35,957 bases of DNA, taken from the sequence record SRR20825010_214. One strand, given 5' to 3'. Below, one piece after another: positions 20,176-28,527 of this stretch (the stretch's first letter is position 1; every line of letters begins with the position of its first letter). Under the pieces are notes generated by a model. It did no database searches and had not been told where the DNA came from. It saw nothing but the letters and a program-made list of their open reading frames with translations. The translations under genes and the position numbers were made by a program.

Positions 20176-21117
20176 TTAGAAATCATTGTCCGTTATATTA
20201 TTCTGAAGATTGCCCAAGTCTCTTTCTAGATTGGAAAACACGAACTCATGTTCTTGCTGAATCCCAATTCTTTCTAAAGGCTCCCAATAAACCCTTGGGT
20301 AAAGTTCCGATGTGTAAGTTGTAATTCTGGTCACCTTGCAGCTATCAAGCCCAATTGGCTCAAAAAGGTAAATGGCCTCTTCGAAACCCAGCCAGTTTCT
20401 CCCGGTAAGTTCATAGTCAATCACATCCATTCTCAAGACTTCTCCTCTTTTAAATTCTGTGACTCTTTCGATGATTCTTCCACCCTCGAAATAGCAGATA
20501 CGTAAGGCTCCCACCTCTTCCCTTTCCAAAATGCACTTATGAGGCACTGGCAAATCGAGCTTCATTAAAAATGGTTTTTCAGCAATAAGCGTATCGACAG
20601 ATTTAATGGCATCGAAAACCTGAGTGGGCGTATAGGGCAAAATAATCTCGGTACTCACTTCTATCACTTCCCTTTTGTTATCGCTTAATGAGTTTTCGAT
20701 AGGAACAGCCAAGAGAAATATCAAAAAAGGAATAAGGCTCATTTTAAGGCTAACTTCTTGCTTTATTCTTTGATACCTTGTTCTCAAGTGAGTGATTATA
20801 GCACCGATAAAAATAAAAGGAACGATGATTGGCAGACACATAATCACACAAACAAAGCCCTCCAACCCACCAATGAGTAGCAGCATTAAAAACAATAGAA
20901 ACACAAAAGTAAAACCAGAGATAGCGATCTTCTTTTTCGGTAAGACACCAATTGAAATACCAATTACGATAGGAAGTAAAACAAATATTACCCACCCGTA
21001 AAGCGCCAAGCCGAAGTGTAGAAAGCCAAAACCTACTGACAAGAAAACTGAGCTCAAAATGATTGACCATCGAAAACTCTTGTCTGCCCAAATGTTATAG
21101 AAGTTTATATTTTTCAT
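20176..21117 (-). CDS. Membrane protein with C-terminal SRPBCC/polyketide-cyclase-like domain
   Basis: Five N-terminal TMs with LEGFVCVIMCLP; C-terminal EVSTEI...GALRICYF...VTRITTY.SEL.PR.YW. Confidence 0.75.
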   Translation of the reverse strand: MKNINFYNIWADKSFRWSIILSSVFLSVGFGFLHFGLALYGWVIFVLLPIVIGISIGVLPKKKIAISGFTFVFLLFLMLLLIGGLEGFVCVIMCLPIIVPFIFIGAIITHLRTRYQRIKQEVSLKMSLIPFLIFLLAVPIENSLSDNKREVIEVSTEIILPYTPTQVFDAIKSVDTLIAEKPFLMKLDLPVPHKCILEREEVGALRICYFEGGRIIERVTEFKRGEVLRMDVIDYELTGRNWLGFEEAIYLFEPIGLDSCKVTRITTYTSELYPRVYWEPLERIGIQQEHEFVFSNLERDLGNLQNNITDNDF

Positions 21118-21119
21118 AG

Positions 21120-21141
21120 TTTCAATAATTTATGAAAGTTA
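21120..21141. promoter_or_regulatory. Second copy of candidate GbsR-like operator
   Basis: TTTCAATAATTTATGAAAGTTA, 19/22 identical to 22049-22070, just upstream of the ATG at 21117. Confidence 0.65.
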
Positions 21142-21155
21142 GTGATCAAATTTTT

Positions 21156-21524
21156 TTATCCCCTGAAAATATACCAATTCATATTAACCAATTGAGCCAT
21201 GCCTATTAAAATGCCTATTACAATGATGTAAACAAAATCATCTAGCCAAATAGGTACAAAGAAAGCTATTATATAGATTAAGGTAGTGACCCAATAAATC
21301 CTCATATTCCTTTTAAACCACTTAGGTCTAAGTTCCCATTTTAAGGAAAGACAAACAGAGTAGGCAACCATCATCATGCTAAAGCCTGTCAAAAACATTA
21401 GTCCAAGAATGGAATTAATCAGACCGCTATTATCTGACTCCACAAAATAACTATCAATCAAAAGTCCGATCAAAAACAAGAACGTTACATCCAGTATTAT
21501 AACTATGAAACCCGAAACTCTCAT
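21156..21524 (-). CDS. Hypothetical membrane protein (paralog of 18826-19236)
   Basis: About four TM segments; ATGA overlap with the upstream regulator; PxW-x5-RxYWxxTxxY motif. Confidence 0.7.
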   Translation of the reverse strand: MRVSGFIVIILDVTFLFLIGLLIDSYFVESDNSGLINSILGLMFLTGFSMMMVAYSVCLSLKWELRPKWFKRNMRIYWVTTLIYIIAFFVPIWLDDFVYIIVIGILIGMAQLVNMNWYIFRG

Positions 21525-22021
21525 TTTATCATCTTCATTAAAACCTGAAAGAACCAGTTCTTATCTGAGCGGATAAACTTGTCCAGCGCACCATCCACTT
21601 GCTTGGTAAAACCTTCCAAGTCTTTGGTTACTGTTTTGAAATGGGCAACTTCAGCCGTATCTCCTTCTACCTGTTGCATTTCCTCCAATACACGCATCAC
21701 AGGTTCAATCTCACGTCTCCTACGTTCTCTTGACACTTGACGCGCTAGCTCTAGCACATCCTTGCCTGTAGTGAAATACTCTTTACGCTCACCCGGCTTA
21801 TAGGCTTTAGATACAATACCCCAATCCATCAAGGCCCTGATGTTCATATTGGCATTCCCCCTAGAAATCTGAAGCTGTTCCATCACCTCTTCTGTAGAAA
21901 GTGCTTCTTCAGAAATCAATAACAAGGCATGAATTTGCCCCATGGCTTTATTAATACCCCAAGAAGAACCCAAAGTACCCCAAGCTTGAATAAATTTCTC
22001 CTTTCCTTCATCGTAATTCAT
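21521..22021 (-). CDS. GbsR/MarR family transcriptional regulator
   Basis: KFIQAWGTLGSSWGINKAMGQIHALLL, LQISRGNANMNIRALMDWG, PGERKEYF. ATG 22021. Confidence 0.9.
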   Translation of the reverse strand: MNYDEGKEKFIQAWGTLGSSWGINKAMGQIHALLLISEEALSTEEVMEQLQISRGNANMNIRALMDWGIVSKAYKPGERKEYFTTGKDVLELARQVSRERRRREIEPVMRVLEEMQQVEGDTAEVAHFKTVTKDLEGFTKQVDGALDKFIRSDKNWFFQVLMKMIK

Positions 22022-22024
22022 GTT

Positions 22025-22074
22025 CAAATATAATACAATTTATTTAACTTTCAATAAATATTGAAAGTTAAATA
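22025..22074 (-). promoter_or_regulatory. -7 box (TATATTTG) and 16-2-16 perfect palindrome, candidate GbsR-like operator
   Basis: TATTTAACTTTCAATA-AA-TATTGAAAGTTAAATA at 22041-22074; minus-strand TATATTTG at 22032-22025. Confidence 0.75.
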
Positions 22075-22153
22075 TTCTACTTATTCACTATTGAACATCA
22101 CAAGAGTTATCCTAACTTTAGTAGGAGATCAAAAGACAATTTTTGAAAATCAT

Positions 22154-22450
22154 ATGGAAGCTTACGAAACATTAACAGAAGGAATAAATGCTTTGCGTGA
22201 ACAAGGTTATACCGAAGATTTCAACCTTAAATACAACTGCCTTATCTGTGGAAAAGATGATTATGAAATTCTCCATGACCAATTCCAAGTTGATAAGTCG
22301 TTTCGGTTTGATGTAAATGAAGATCCAGCTGACCAAGCCGTACTTTATGCTATTTCTTCAGAAGACCATCAGCGTAAAGGAATTTTAGTCAACAGTTATG
22401 GCATTTATTCAGACCCAATCACTAACGAAATGCTAGACAAGTTAAAGTAA
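22154..22450 (+). CDS. Small conserved Bacteroidetes protein (often mislabelled 'phosphoribosylpyrophosphate synthetase')
   Basis: YETLTEGINALREQGYTEDF...FRFD...DPADQAVLYAISS...KGILVNSYG. ATG 22154. Confidence 0.8.
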   Translation: MEAYETLTEGINALREQGYTEDFNLKYNCLICGKDDYEILHDQFQVDKSFRFDVNEDPADQAVLYAISSEDHQRKGILVNSYGIYSDPITNEMLDKLK

Positions 22451-22540
22451 CCATGTATATTGTTCTGCTTCAGCATAGTATGCTCCATTCAAGGAAATTG
22501 AAATTTTAAACAAATCTTACCCGTCAAAGCTTAATACCGT

Positions 22541-23071
22541 ATGAAGAGAATTGTAGCGTTTGCAGGAAGCAACAGTAGTACATCCATTAATAAGCAGTTA
22601 GTAAAGTTTGCGCTTACTTACTTTGAAGGTTTTGAAATCAGGTTATTGGACCTCAATAATTTTGAAATGCCTATGTTTTCTGTGGACCGAGAAAAGGAAA
22701 ACGGATACCCTGACACCGCTTATCAATTCAGAAAAGAAATGGAGCAAGCCGATGCTATTATTTGCTCTTTAGCAGAACACAATAGAAACTATACAGCAGT
22801 CTTCAAAAACACCATCGACTGGTGTAGCAGAATAGACATTAATATTTTCGGAGATAAACCTACGCTATTGATGAGTACTTCCCCAGGTGGCTATGGCGCA
22901 GGAAATGCCATGAACTCAGGTAAAATCCTTTTACCCCGTTGTGGTTCAGAAATTATTGAGACTTTTTCACTTCCATCCTTTGAACAAAATTTTTCTGAAG
23001 GAAAGATCATAAACGAGACGTTGAGAACTGAATTAGAAGGGAAAATTTACACTTTTAAGAAAAAGCTCTAA
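22541..23071 (+). CDS. NADPH-dependent FMN reductase
   Basis: AFAGSNSSTSINKQL, SLAEHN, FKNTIDW, LLMSTSPG. Confidence 0.9.
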   Translation: MKRIVAFAGSNSSTSINKQLVKFALTYFEGFEIRLLDLNNFEMPMFSVDREKENGYPDTAYQFRKEMEQADAIICSLAEHNRNYTAVFKNTIDWCSRIDINIFGDKPTLLMSTSPGGYGAGNAMNSGKILLPRCGSEIIETFSLPSFEQNFSEGKIINETLRTELEGKIYTFKKKL

Positions 23072-23139
23072 ATCATTAACTAAAAAGAAAGCAGAATCAC
23101 TGGGTATTGTTTGATAAAATTATTCTTGAATATTTTATT

Positions 23140-23163
23140 AGTTAGGATTCCTTACTATATTTG
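23140..23163 (+). promoter_or_regulatory. Candidate MarR operator 1 overlapping a -7 box
   Basis: AGTTAGGATTCCTTACT (23140-23156) and TATATTTG (23156-23163). Confidence 0.75.
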
Positions 23164-23200
23164 AAACGACAATATTGTCATAACAAAAAATTCATCAAAC

Positions 23201-23434
23201 ATGTCAAAATCAATTTTCTATCACGCTGGCTGTCCTGTATGTATTAGTGCAGAACAAGACATTATCGATCTTATTGGAAAAACAAATGTAGAGGTCGTTC
23301 ATTTAGGCGAAGCCAAAAACAGAATCGATGAAGCTGAGAAAGCAGGCGTAAAATCGGTTCCTGCTTTACTCACTCCAAATAGAAACGTACTTCATCTTAA
23401 TTTTGGAGCTTCAATGGCTGATGTAAGGGGTTAA
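23201..23434 (+). CDS. Small thioredoxin/glutaredoxin-fold protein (CPVC)
   Basis: FYHAGCPVC redox motif and GVKSVP cis-Pro motif. Confidence 0.85.
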   Translation: MSKSIFYHAGCPVCISAEQDIIDLIGKTNVEVVHLGEAKNRIDEAEKAGVKSVPALLTPNRNVLHLNFGASMADVRG

Positions 23435-23449
23435 AAATATGATTTAAAA

Positions 23450-23485
23450 AGTTAGGAATCCTATCTTAAATTAAGATTCCTAACT
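23450..23485. promoter_or_regulatory. Candidate MarR operators 2 and 3 (tandem)
   Basis: AGTTAGGAATCCTATCT (23450-23466) and AATTAAGATTCCTAACT (23469-23485). Confidence 0.75.
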
Positions 23486-23516
23486 TAAATCAGGTTCATC
23501 ATAAAACTTAAGACAA

Positions 23517-23783
23517 ATGAAAATAGCAGTTTGGGACACCTATGTAACACGAGCGGATGGCATCATCATGCACTTTGACATCCTTGTTGATAGTACTTTA
23601 AAAGACCCTCAGAAAGTATTTCAATATGGACGAGCCTATTTGGCAAACAAACCTTTCGAAACAGAAAAATTAACTTCCAAAGAATGCGCTTTTTGTCATG
23701 TGGAGTCTCCCACAACAGAAGTTAGGAATGAAATCGAAGCGAAAGGGTTTTTAATCATTGAAATGGAAAATTGTGATGAGTAG
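23517..23783 (+). CDS. DUF2024 family protein
   Basis: MKIAVWDTYV...MHFDILV...ECAFCHVE...GFLIIEMENC. Confidence 0.88.
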   Translation: MKIAVWDTYVTRADGIIMHFDILVDSTLKDPQKVFQYGRAYLANKPFETEKLTSKECAFCHVESPTTEVRNEIEAKGFLIIEMENCDE

Positions 23784-23794
23784 TTTTTCCACTT

Positions 23795-23814
23795 AATTAG
23801 GATGACTAACTTTG
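23795..23814 (+). promoter_or_regulatory. Candidate MarR operator 4 overlapping a -7 box (autoregulation)
   Basis: AATTAGGATGACTAACT (23795-23811) and TAACTTTG (23807-23814). Confidence 0.65.
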
Positions 23815-23836
23815 TTGGTGTTCTATAAATCACCAA

Positions 23837-24427
23837 GTGAGTGTTTCTATGAGTAAGGAGTTGAATCATAACATTGTTATCGCCCTTGAAAGGATTTCAG
23901 AAGCTTTTAAGGCTTTACTTTGGGACAAAGCTAAATTATATGGACTAAGCCCTATTCAAATCCAGGTGTTGCTTTTTATTGCTCATCACAAACCTGAACT
24001 TTGCAACGTAAGCCATTTGGCTAAAGAGTTTAATCTTACAAAACCAACCATTAGCGATGCTGTAAAAGCCTTAAACAATAAGGGCTATATAAAAAAAGAA
24101 TACTCTTCTATTGATAGCCGAAGTTATACATTACTACTTTCAGCATCTGGGGAAGCGCTTATTCAAGCATTGAACACTTATTCACAACCACTCGAAAAGA
24201 TTCTAGACAAACAAGACGAACAGGGGCTCAATACACTTTACACCACGCTGACCAAACTTATATTTGAGCTCAATCGAAATGGGATATTGAGTGTTCAAAG
24301 AACATGCTTTGGATGTAAGTTTTATAGCAAAACGGATGACAGTCATTTTTGCGGATTTCTCCAAAAGAAACTAATTGCTACAGAAATTAGGATCGACTGC
24401 CCAGAGTTTGAGTCGGTAGACAATTAA
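23837..24427 (+). CDS. MarR family regulator with C-terminal Cys cluster
   Basis: GLSPIQIQVL, LAKEFNLTKPTISDAVKAL, DSRS wing; C-terminal RTCFGC...HFC...RIDCPE. Start GTG 23837 or ATG 23849. Confidence 0.9.
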   Translation: MSVSMSKELNHNIVIALERISEAFKALLWDKAKLYGLSPIQIQVLLFIAHHKPELCNVSHLAKEFNLTKPTISDAVKALNNKGYIKKEYSSIDSRSYTLLLSASGEALIQALNTYSQPLEKILDKQDEQGLNTLYTTLTKLIFELNRNGILSVQRTCFGCKFYSKTDDSHFCGFLQKKLIATEIRIDCPEFESVDN

Positions 24428-25032
24428 TATCCTTTTATCCCTGCCTCAATCGAAATAGGTAAATGATTGGGCTGAGGTACCATTGGGCATTCATACTTGT
24501 CGCTATAAGCACAATATGGGTTATAGAGTTTATTAAAGTCAATGACCCACGCTGTTCCTTCTGGAATACCCTCATAGTGCAAATAACGCCCTGCACCATA
24601 AGTACTCTCACCGGTGGTAGCATCAATCAAGGGTAAAAAAACATAGATCTTTTGACCTGGAAATGAAAACCGTTGAATCTTCAAATAGGCTTCTAAAGTA
24701 TAAGGCTCTCCATTTAGTTCGAAATGAAGAATACCTAAACGCTTATATAACTGCGTAGTTCCTTTGCTCGTGTTTAGCGGGAATGGTTTTGAGTCTGGAG
24801 TAGGCTCAAACCTCGCTTCTACTCGGTATGCCTCTTTAACAGCGAAGAAGTCGTGACCTTTAAATTCTTTTTGCTCATTAGCGGTCAAAGGAGATTTATC
24901 GGGGTTCAGGTACTCCTCATTTAGTTCATTTCTATACGCTTGAATTTCCTTTAGGTACTCCTGATTTTGGGCACTTACATAATGAAATGAAAGCAGAACA
25001 AAGAGTACAACCGAAAGTACTGATAAGCGCAT
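24424..25032 (-). CDS. DUF1684 family exported protein
   Basis: Signal peptide; SPL, D.TTGESTYGAGRYL, IDFNKLYNPYCAY...CP, IEAG. Confidence 0.9.
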   Translation of the reverse strand: MRLSVLSVVLFVLLSFHYVSAQNQEYLKEIQAYRNELNEEYLNPDKSPLTANEQKEFKGHDFFAVKEAYRVEARFEPTPDSKPFPLNTSKGTTQLYKRLGILHFELNGEPYTLEAYLKIQRFSFPGQKIYVFLPLIDATTGESTYGAGRYLHYEGIPEGTAWVIDFNKLYNPYCAYSDKYECPMVPQPNHLPISIEAGIKGY

Positions 25033-25129
25033 ATTGATTGTGTTATAAACTATACTGCCAATTCAATATTTGTACCGAAAGCAGCCGTGCTAAGATAATC
25101 AAACAATCAGAATTGAGCTTATACTGTAG

Positions 25130-25636
25130 CTAATGTTTCCGTTGTAGTATAATTGCCGAAATCATGCTCATGACAAACCCGATTAGAAACACTGTGGCGA
25201 ACATCAGGATTGTTCCACCTAATACACTAAACATAAAGCCATTGCTTTCCATTATGGCTGTGAATTTCGCTTCAAATTCGGGAGTCCCTAGCTCCAGACC
25301 TTCTGCATATGCGAAATACTGCTCATTGAAGTCTGGCATAATGATCGTCACGAAAACTACATTATAAATAGCGAAGGCAATTCCAGCCAAAACAGAAACC
25401 AAAGACCCTATTTTTAGACCCAAGCCAAAACTAAGCACCCCATCATTAATTTGATCTCGGTAATGGCGCATGGCGAAATAAACGGTAGTCATGGCGACAA
25501 TCATTGAAGTGTAACCCACAATTTCGCCTATGGCGAAACTATCCATTCCAAAGCCGGTAATGAGACCTGAAAGCAAAGGCACTCCGACTACAATTAGACT
25601 GGCAATCACTCCGTAACGAACTACAATATTTTTCAT
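25130..25636 (-). CDS. DUF4199 family membrane protein
   Basis: GEIVGYTSMIVAM..VYFAMRHYRD...G.LSFG.GLKIG...PDF. ATG 25636. Confidence 0.85.
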   Translation of the reverse strand: MKNIVVRYGVIASLIVVGVPLLSGLITGFGMDSFAIGEIVGYTSMIVAMTTVYFAMRHYRDQINDGVLSFGLGLKIGSLVSVLAGIAFAIYNVVFVTIIMPDFNEQYFAYAEGLELGTPEFEAKFTAIMESNGFMFSVLGGTILMFATVFLIGFVMSMISAIILQRKH

Positions 25637-25687
25637 GTTTACAATTTTTTGTACGTTCAAATCAAGCTCAGAATGACCAAAACTGAT

Positions 25688-25728
25688 TCATACTTTAGTA
25701 CCAAATACACATTACGACTTTAGTACTA
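25688..25728. promoter_or_regulatory. Two candidate LuxR-type operators upstream of DUF4199
   Basis: ACTTTAGTAC repeated at 25692 and 25717 (25-bp spacing); palindromic core TACT-TT-AGTA. Confidence 0.6.
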
Positions 25729-25760
25729 AGTTAGAATTTAGAACACTACAGCCTTAGAAA

Positions 25761-26192
25761 TTAAGCGATAATACGCCACTCTTTCCCTCGAATCACCGCT
25801 TGGGTTCTGCGCTTTACATCCAACTTTATAAAGAGATTGGAAATATGAGTCTTAATGGTGCTTTCAGAGATAAAAAGTTTTTCACCAATCTCTTGATTAG
25901 ACAAACCTTCTGAAATCAATTGTAATACTTCCAATTCTCTAACGCTAATACCTAAACTCTGAATTCTTTCTAAGTCAATATCCAAGGAAGGCTTTACCTC
26001 CACTATTTTCACTTTTTTTATTCCTCTGCCTAAATAAATACCCAAAGCCATGAGGATGATAGCCGCTGTTCCAATGACAAAATCGGCCGAAATTGAAGGA
26101 ATAAAGAGAGACGCATTTGTCAACTGAAATAGAATAAGCAGTGCCAGAATAATTAAGCCAAAACGCAGAACTGTTTTTAATAATGAGGACAT
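25761..26192 (-). CDS. Membrane-anchored LuxR-type HTH regulator (no receiver domain)
   Basis: Two N-terminal TMs; ISVRELEVLQLISEGLSNQEIGEKLFISESTIKTHISNLFIKLDVKRRTQA. Confidence 0.9.
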   Translation of the reverse strand: MSSLLKTVLRFGLIILALLILFQLTNASLFIPSISADFVIGTAAIILMALGIYLGRGIKKVKIVEVKPSLDIDLERIQSLGISVRELEVLQLISEGLSNQEIGEKLFISESTIKTHISNLFIKLDVKRRTQAVIRGKEWRIIA

Positions 26193-26195
26193 TGG

Positions 26196-27452
26196 TCAAG
26201 CAAATTTAAGGGTTTTCCAACTGAGAAACTTAGCCTCTAAAAATCTCTTCTCCGTGATATTCTGCGCTTGATCTATGGCCTTTTTTATATGAATGCTAGC
26301 GTTATTAAAATCTCCCAATGCAGCATACAGTTCAGCCTTCAGAGCTTGAAAAGATTGTACTTCTGATGATTCACCTTCAATTTCAGCCATAGCTTCCAAT
26401 GCTTTGCGAGCACCAAGCACTTTACTCATCACAAATATGCGGCTCATTTTCACAACAGGCGATGGTTTCAATTTCGTTAAACCATCGTACAGTTTAAAGA
26501 TTACCTTCCAGTTGGTCTTTTGATAGCTGGGAGCCACGGTATAATAGCTGGCAATGGCAGCTTCCAACTGGTATACAGATGTATTTTCAGCTTTGCTGGA
26601 TTCATGCATAAACTTCCAGCCCCATTGAATATAATCTTCTCTGTACAGACTTCGGTCCTGATGTTCCAATGTCACCAAGGACCCATCCTTACCCGTTCTT
26701 GCAGGGAAACGTGCTGCCTTAAAAAGCATCATGGCAATCAAGGCATTCAATTCACTAGTGTGGCAATTCTTGGCGTTGGTAAGAATAAAAGCCAACCGAA
26801 TCGCTTCTTCACAAAGTTCGTGACGAATCAATTCATCACCTTCCGTGGCTTTATAGCCTTCATTGAACAAAAGGTAAATTACTTGAAGCACGGCATCCAA
26901 CCTTTCATTAATCGCACCTCCTTCTGGAACCGAAAGCTCTCCTACTTCCGTCTTGAATTTTTGTTTGGCTCTGGTAATTGCCTTTTTTGACGCGTCTTCT
27001 TTCTTTAAAAGTGCCCTTGCAATTTCCTTTACACTAAGTCCGCAAAGTAGTTTTAAGCTTAGTATCAATTGCTCCTGAAGTTTCATTGAAGGATGACAAC
27101 AAGCGAAAATCATCCTGAGCTGGCCATCCACCAGTTGTCCTTCTTCTAACTCAATTTCAACTGAATCAGAATCAGCGGTGTCGTTTTGAGCTTTATATGC
27201 CACCGACTTATTTTGTCTTCTCAATTGATCAATCAATTGATTGTTGGCGACCCGATATAGCCAAGCCGAAGGATTCTCTGGCATGGATTGAAAACTCCAC
27301 AGTTTCGCTGCTTTAAGCAAAGACTCCTGAACGGCATCTTCGATGTGATCAATCAAAGCCGATGAATAGCGATTCGTAAAAACCGAAATCATTTTCGCAT
27401 ACTCTTGCCGAAAAAGATGATCGAGGACATTATTGGTTTCGGGCTTTGACAT
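26196..27452 (-). CDS. ECF sigma factor with long C-terminal (DUF6596/TPR) extension, ECF42-like
   Basis: EDAVQE, PENPSAWL, LRMIFACCHP, EIARALL, VIYLLFNEGY, LEHQDRS; TPR-like tail. Confidence 0.88.
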   Translation of the reverse strand: MSKPETNNVLDHLFRQEYAKMISVFTNRYSSALIDHIEDAVQESLLKAAKLWSFQSMPENPSAWLYRVANNQLIDQLRRQNKSVAYKAQNDTADSDSVEIELEEGQLVDGQLRMIFACCHPSMKLQEQLILSLKLLCGLSVKEIARALLKKEDASKKAITRAKQKFKTEVGELSVPEGGAINERLDAVLQVIYLLFNEGYKATEGDELIRHELCEEAIRLAFILTNAKNCHTSELNALIAMMLFKAARFPARTGKDGSLVTLEHQDRSLYREDYIQWGWKFMHESSKAENTSVYQLEAAIASYYTVAPSYQKTNWKVIFKLYDGLTKLKPSPVVKMSRIFVMSKVLGARKALEAMAEIEGESSEVQSFQALKAELYAALGDFNNASIHIKKAIDQAQNITEKRFLEAKFLSWKTLKFA

Positions 27453-27467
27453 TGATGCAAAATAACG

Positions 27468-27499
27468 AAAAAAGCCATCCGTCAGGCGACAGATGGCTT
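27468..27499 (-). terminator. Intrinsic terminator of the pfkB operon
   Basis: Minus strand AAGCCATCTGTC-GCCT-GACGGATGGCTT followed by TTTT. Confidence 0.85.
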
Positions 27500-27522
27500 C
27501 TAGTTCTTTCTAGTTCAAACAA

Positions 27523-28518
27523 CTACTTCAAGTGCCTTAATACTTCGTGTACCTCTGGCGTCTTCAATCTAGGTCCATATTGACTTACGATTTTTGAACT
27601 CGCTAAACTGGCTAATTTACCCGCCTCCGCATAAGACATACCGTTGGTGATTCCGTATAAGAACGCGCCAGCGTACATATCTCCAGCGCCATTGGTATCG
27701 ATTGCCCTTACATCATATGCTTCGATATCGATAAAAGTATCCCCATCAAAAATCATTGCTCCGTTTTTACCCTGAGTAATAACAAACCTTCTGGCATCCT
27801 TCTTCATGGCCTCACGTGCCTCTTCTAGGTTATCTTTGCCAGTGTAGGTTTTAGCCTCTTCTTCGTTGCAGAAAATCAAATCTACTGAAGCACCAATGAC
27901 ATCAGTAAACTGTGCTTTGAAGAAGTTAGCAATCGCAGGGTCTGAAAGAGTAATCGAAGTTTTCACACCATAATCTTCGGCTATTTTCTTGCCTTTCATC
28001 ATAGCTTCCACCCCATTTGGAGAAGTAGTTAAGTAGCCTTCTAAGTAAATATATTGCGAGTCCTTAATGGCATTTTCATCCAACTCCTTTACTGAGAAAT
28101 TTGATGTCGCACCCAAGAAAGTATTCATGGTTCTATCCGCATCTGGCGTAATCATCACCAAACACTTTCCAGTAACTCCTTCTTCTCTTTTCTGCTTATC
28201 AAGGTTGGTATCAACACCCGCCTCACGCATATCTTTCATATAGAAATCACCAAATTCATCGTTGGCTACCTTACACGAATAGAAAGACTTTCCTCCAAAC
28301 TGACTAATGGCAATCATAGAATTGGCCGCAGAACCACCCGACTTACGTATGGTATCAGTCTGCATCATTGAGTTAATCAACCTGGACTGAATTTCTTCAT
28401 CCACCAAGGTCATTAAACCTTTTTCTACTTTATGCTCTGTCAAGAATTGCTCATCGATCTTGAACTCAAGGTCAACCAAGGCATTTCCAATACCATATAC
28501 ATCGTACTTCTTTTTCAT
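27523..28518 (-). CDS. PfkB family kinase (adenosine kinase-like)
   Basis: GIGNALVD, GGSAAN, DRTMNTFLGA, YLEGY, NEEEA, IDTNGAGDMYAGAF. Confidence 0.92.
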   Translation of the reverse strand: MKKKYDVYGIGNALVDLEFKIDEQFLTEHKVEKGLMTLVDEEIQSRLINSMMQTDTIRKSGGSAANSMIAISQFGGKSFYSCKVANDEFGDFYMKDMREAGVDTNLDKQKREEGVTGKCLVMITPDADRTMNTFLGATSNFSVKELDENAIKDSQYIYLEGYLTTSPNGVEAMMKGKKIAEDYGVKTSITLSDPAIANFFKAQFTDVIGASVDLIFCNEEEAKTYTGKDNLEEAREAMKKDARRFVITQGKNGAMIFDGDTFIDIEAYDVRAIDTNGAGDMYAGAFLYGITNGMSYAEAGKLASLASSKIVSQYGPRLKTPEVHEVLRHLK

Positions 28519-28527
28519 ATGCTATTA

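Noticed and set aside
22110-22117. TCCTAACT half-site of the MarR motif
   Set aside because: Only a half-site, overlapping a probable -7-like element; insufficient to extend the regulon.
22061-22450. 129-aa TTG-start version of the ORF and the 'PRPP synthetase' label
   Set aside because: The extension runs through the operator palindrome, and the 98-aa protein lacks PRPP synthetase motifs.
23140-23811. Repeated palindromes as a CRISPR array
   Set aside because: 17-bp degenerate copies with irregular spacing at promoters and no cas genes; they fit operators.
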